Positions 63,775 through 64,000 of a stretch of DNA of 64,000 nucleotides are shown here, one piece after another; the stretch's first letter is position 1; the number at the start of each line of letters is the position of its first letter. The notes beneath the pieces are model-generated. The model was not told the DNA's origin and did not search any database. It saw nothing but the letters and a program-made list of their open reading frames with translations. Location: assembly GCA_965216785.1 (NCBI GenBank), contig OZ244197.1, forward strand, positions 1,312,001 to 1,376,000. The letters are read 5' to 3'. A program made the position numbers and the translations under genes. Source of the stretch: Thermodesulfobacteriota bacterium. GTDB lineage: Bacteria; Desulfobacterota_D; UBA1144; Nemesobacterales; UBA2774.

Positions 63775-63925
63775 AAAAAAAGCCAGATAGGACCGTATTG
63801 TCCCTACTGGCTTATCGTATTCTCTATTTTCCAGGTACGGCCCGCGCAGTGGCAAGTGCCGTCCGATCTATGTTTATTCACCTTGTCCTCCGTCTCGGTC
63901 CCGCACCAGGGATCCAAGCGGTTAC
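63775..63925 (-). ncRNA. pan RNA motif-like structured leader of panBCD
   Basis: Minus-strand bulged hairpins CCGCTTGGATCCC-TGGTGC-GGGACCGAGACGG and AGCCAGTAGGGAC...GTCCTATCTGGCT followed by a T-run, just upstream of panB. Confidence 0.75.
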
Positions 63926-64000
63926 GCTAGGTACTGCTTATATAATAACACAAGCGCACATTTACCTTAAAGAAATTCGGAAAAATGTCAAATGTTTTTG

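Overview
Bacterial chromosome segment, most consistent with Candidatus Dadabacteria (inference from the divergent 16S, deltaproteobacteria-like housekeeping genes and several IPTL-CTERM proteins). Core genes: ctpA, rpsU-dnaG-rpoD, purN, aroF, moeB, ald, bamD, dksA, prmA, mtnA, an NSS transporter and panBCD with a pan-motif leader. The rRNA operon is 16S-tRNAIle-tRNAAla-23S; the 5S gene lies alone about 28 kb away, head-to-head with a tyrosine-recombinase homologue missing three catalytic residues. Accessory DNA sits at 10-34 kb and 41-47.5 kb. It includes an 8.2 kb island bounded by a duplicated 5' part of tRNA-Leu(CAA), which contains an IS3-family element that appears to have moved a GT4+GH15 cargo using a distal end (TTAT target duplication). 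It also includes IPTL-CTERM surface-protein genes sharing a 3' tail and terminator, and a SyrP-like dioxygenase/ACP/GNAT/ATP-grasp/GNAT operon with no adenylation enzyme. A recurring pattern is four cargo blocks, each bounded by a 60-100 bp partial duplicate of a resident gene or RNA end, with no active integrase in view. No CRISPR array was found. All family assignments come from motifs read by eye, not from database searches.
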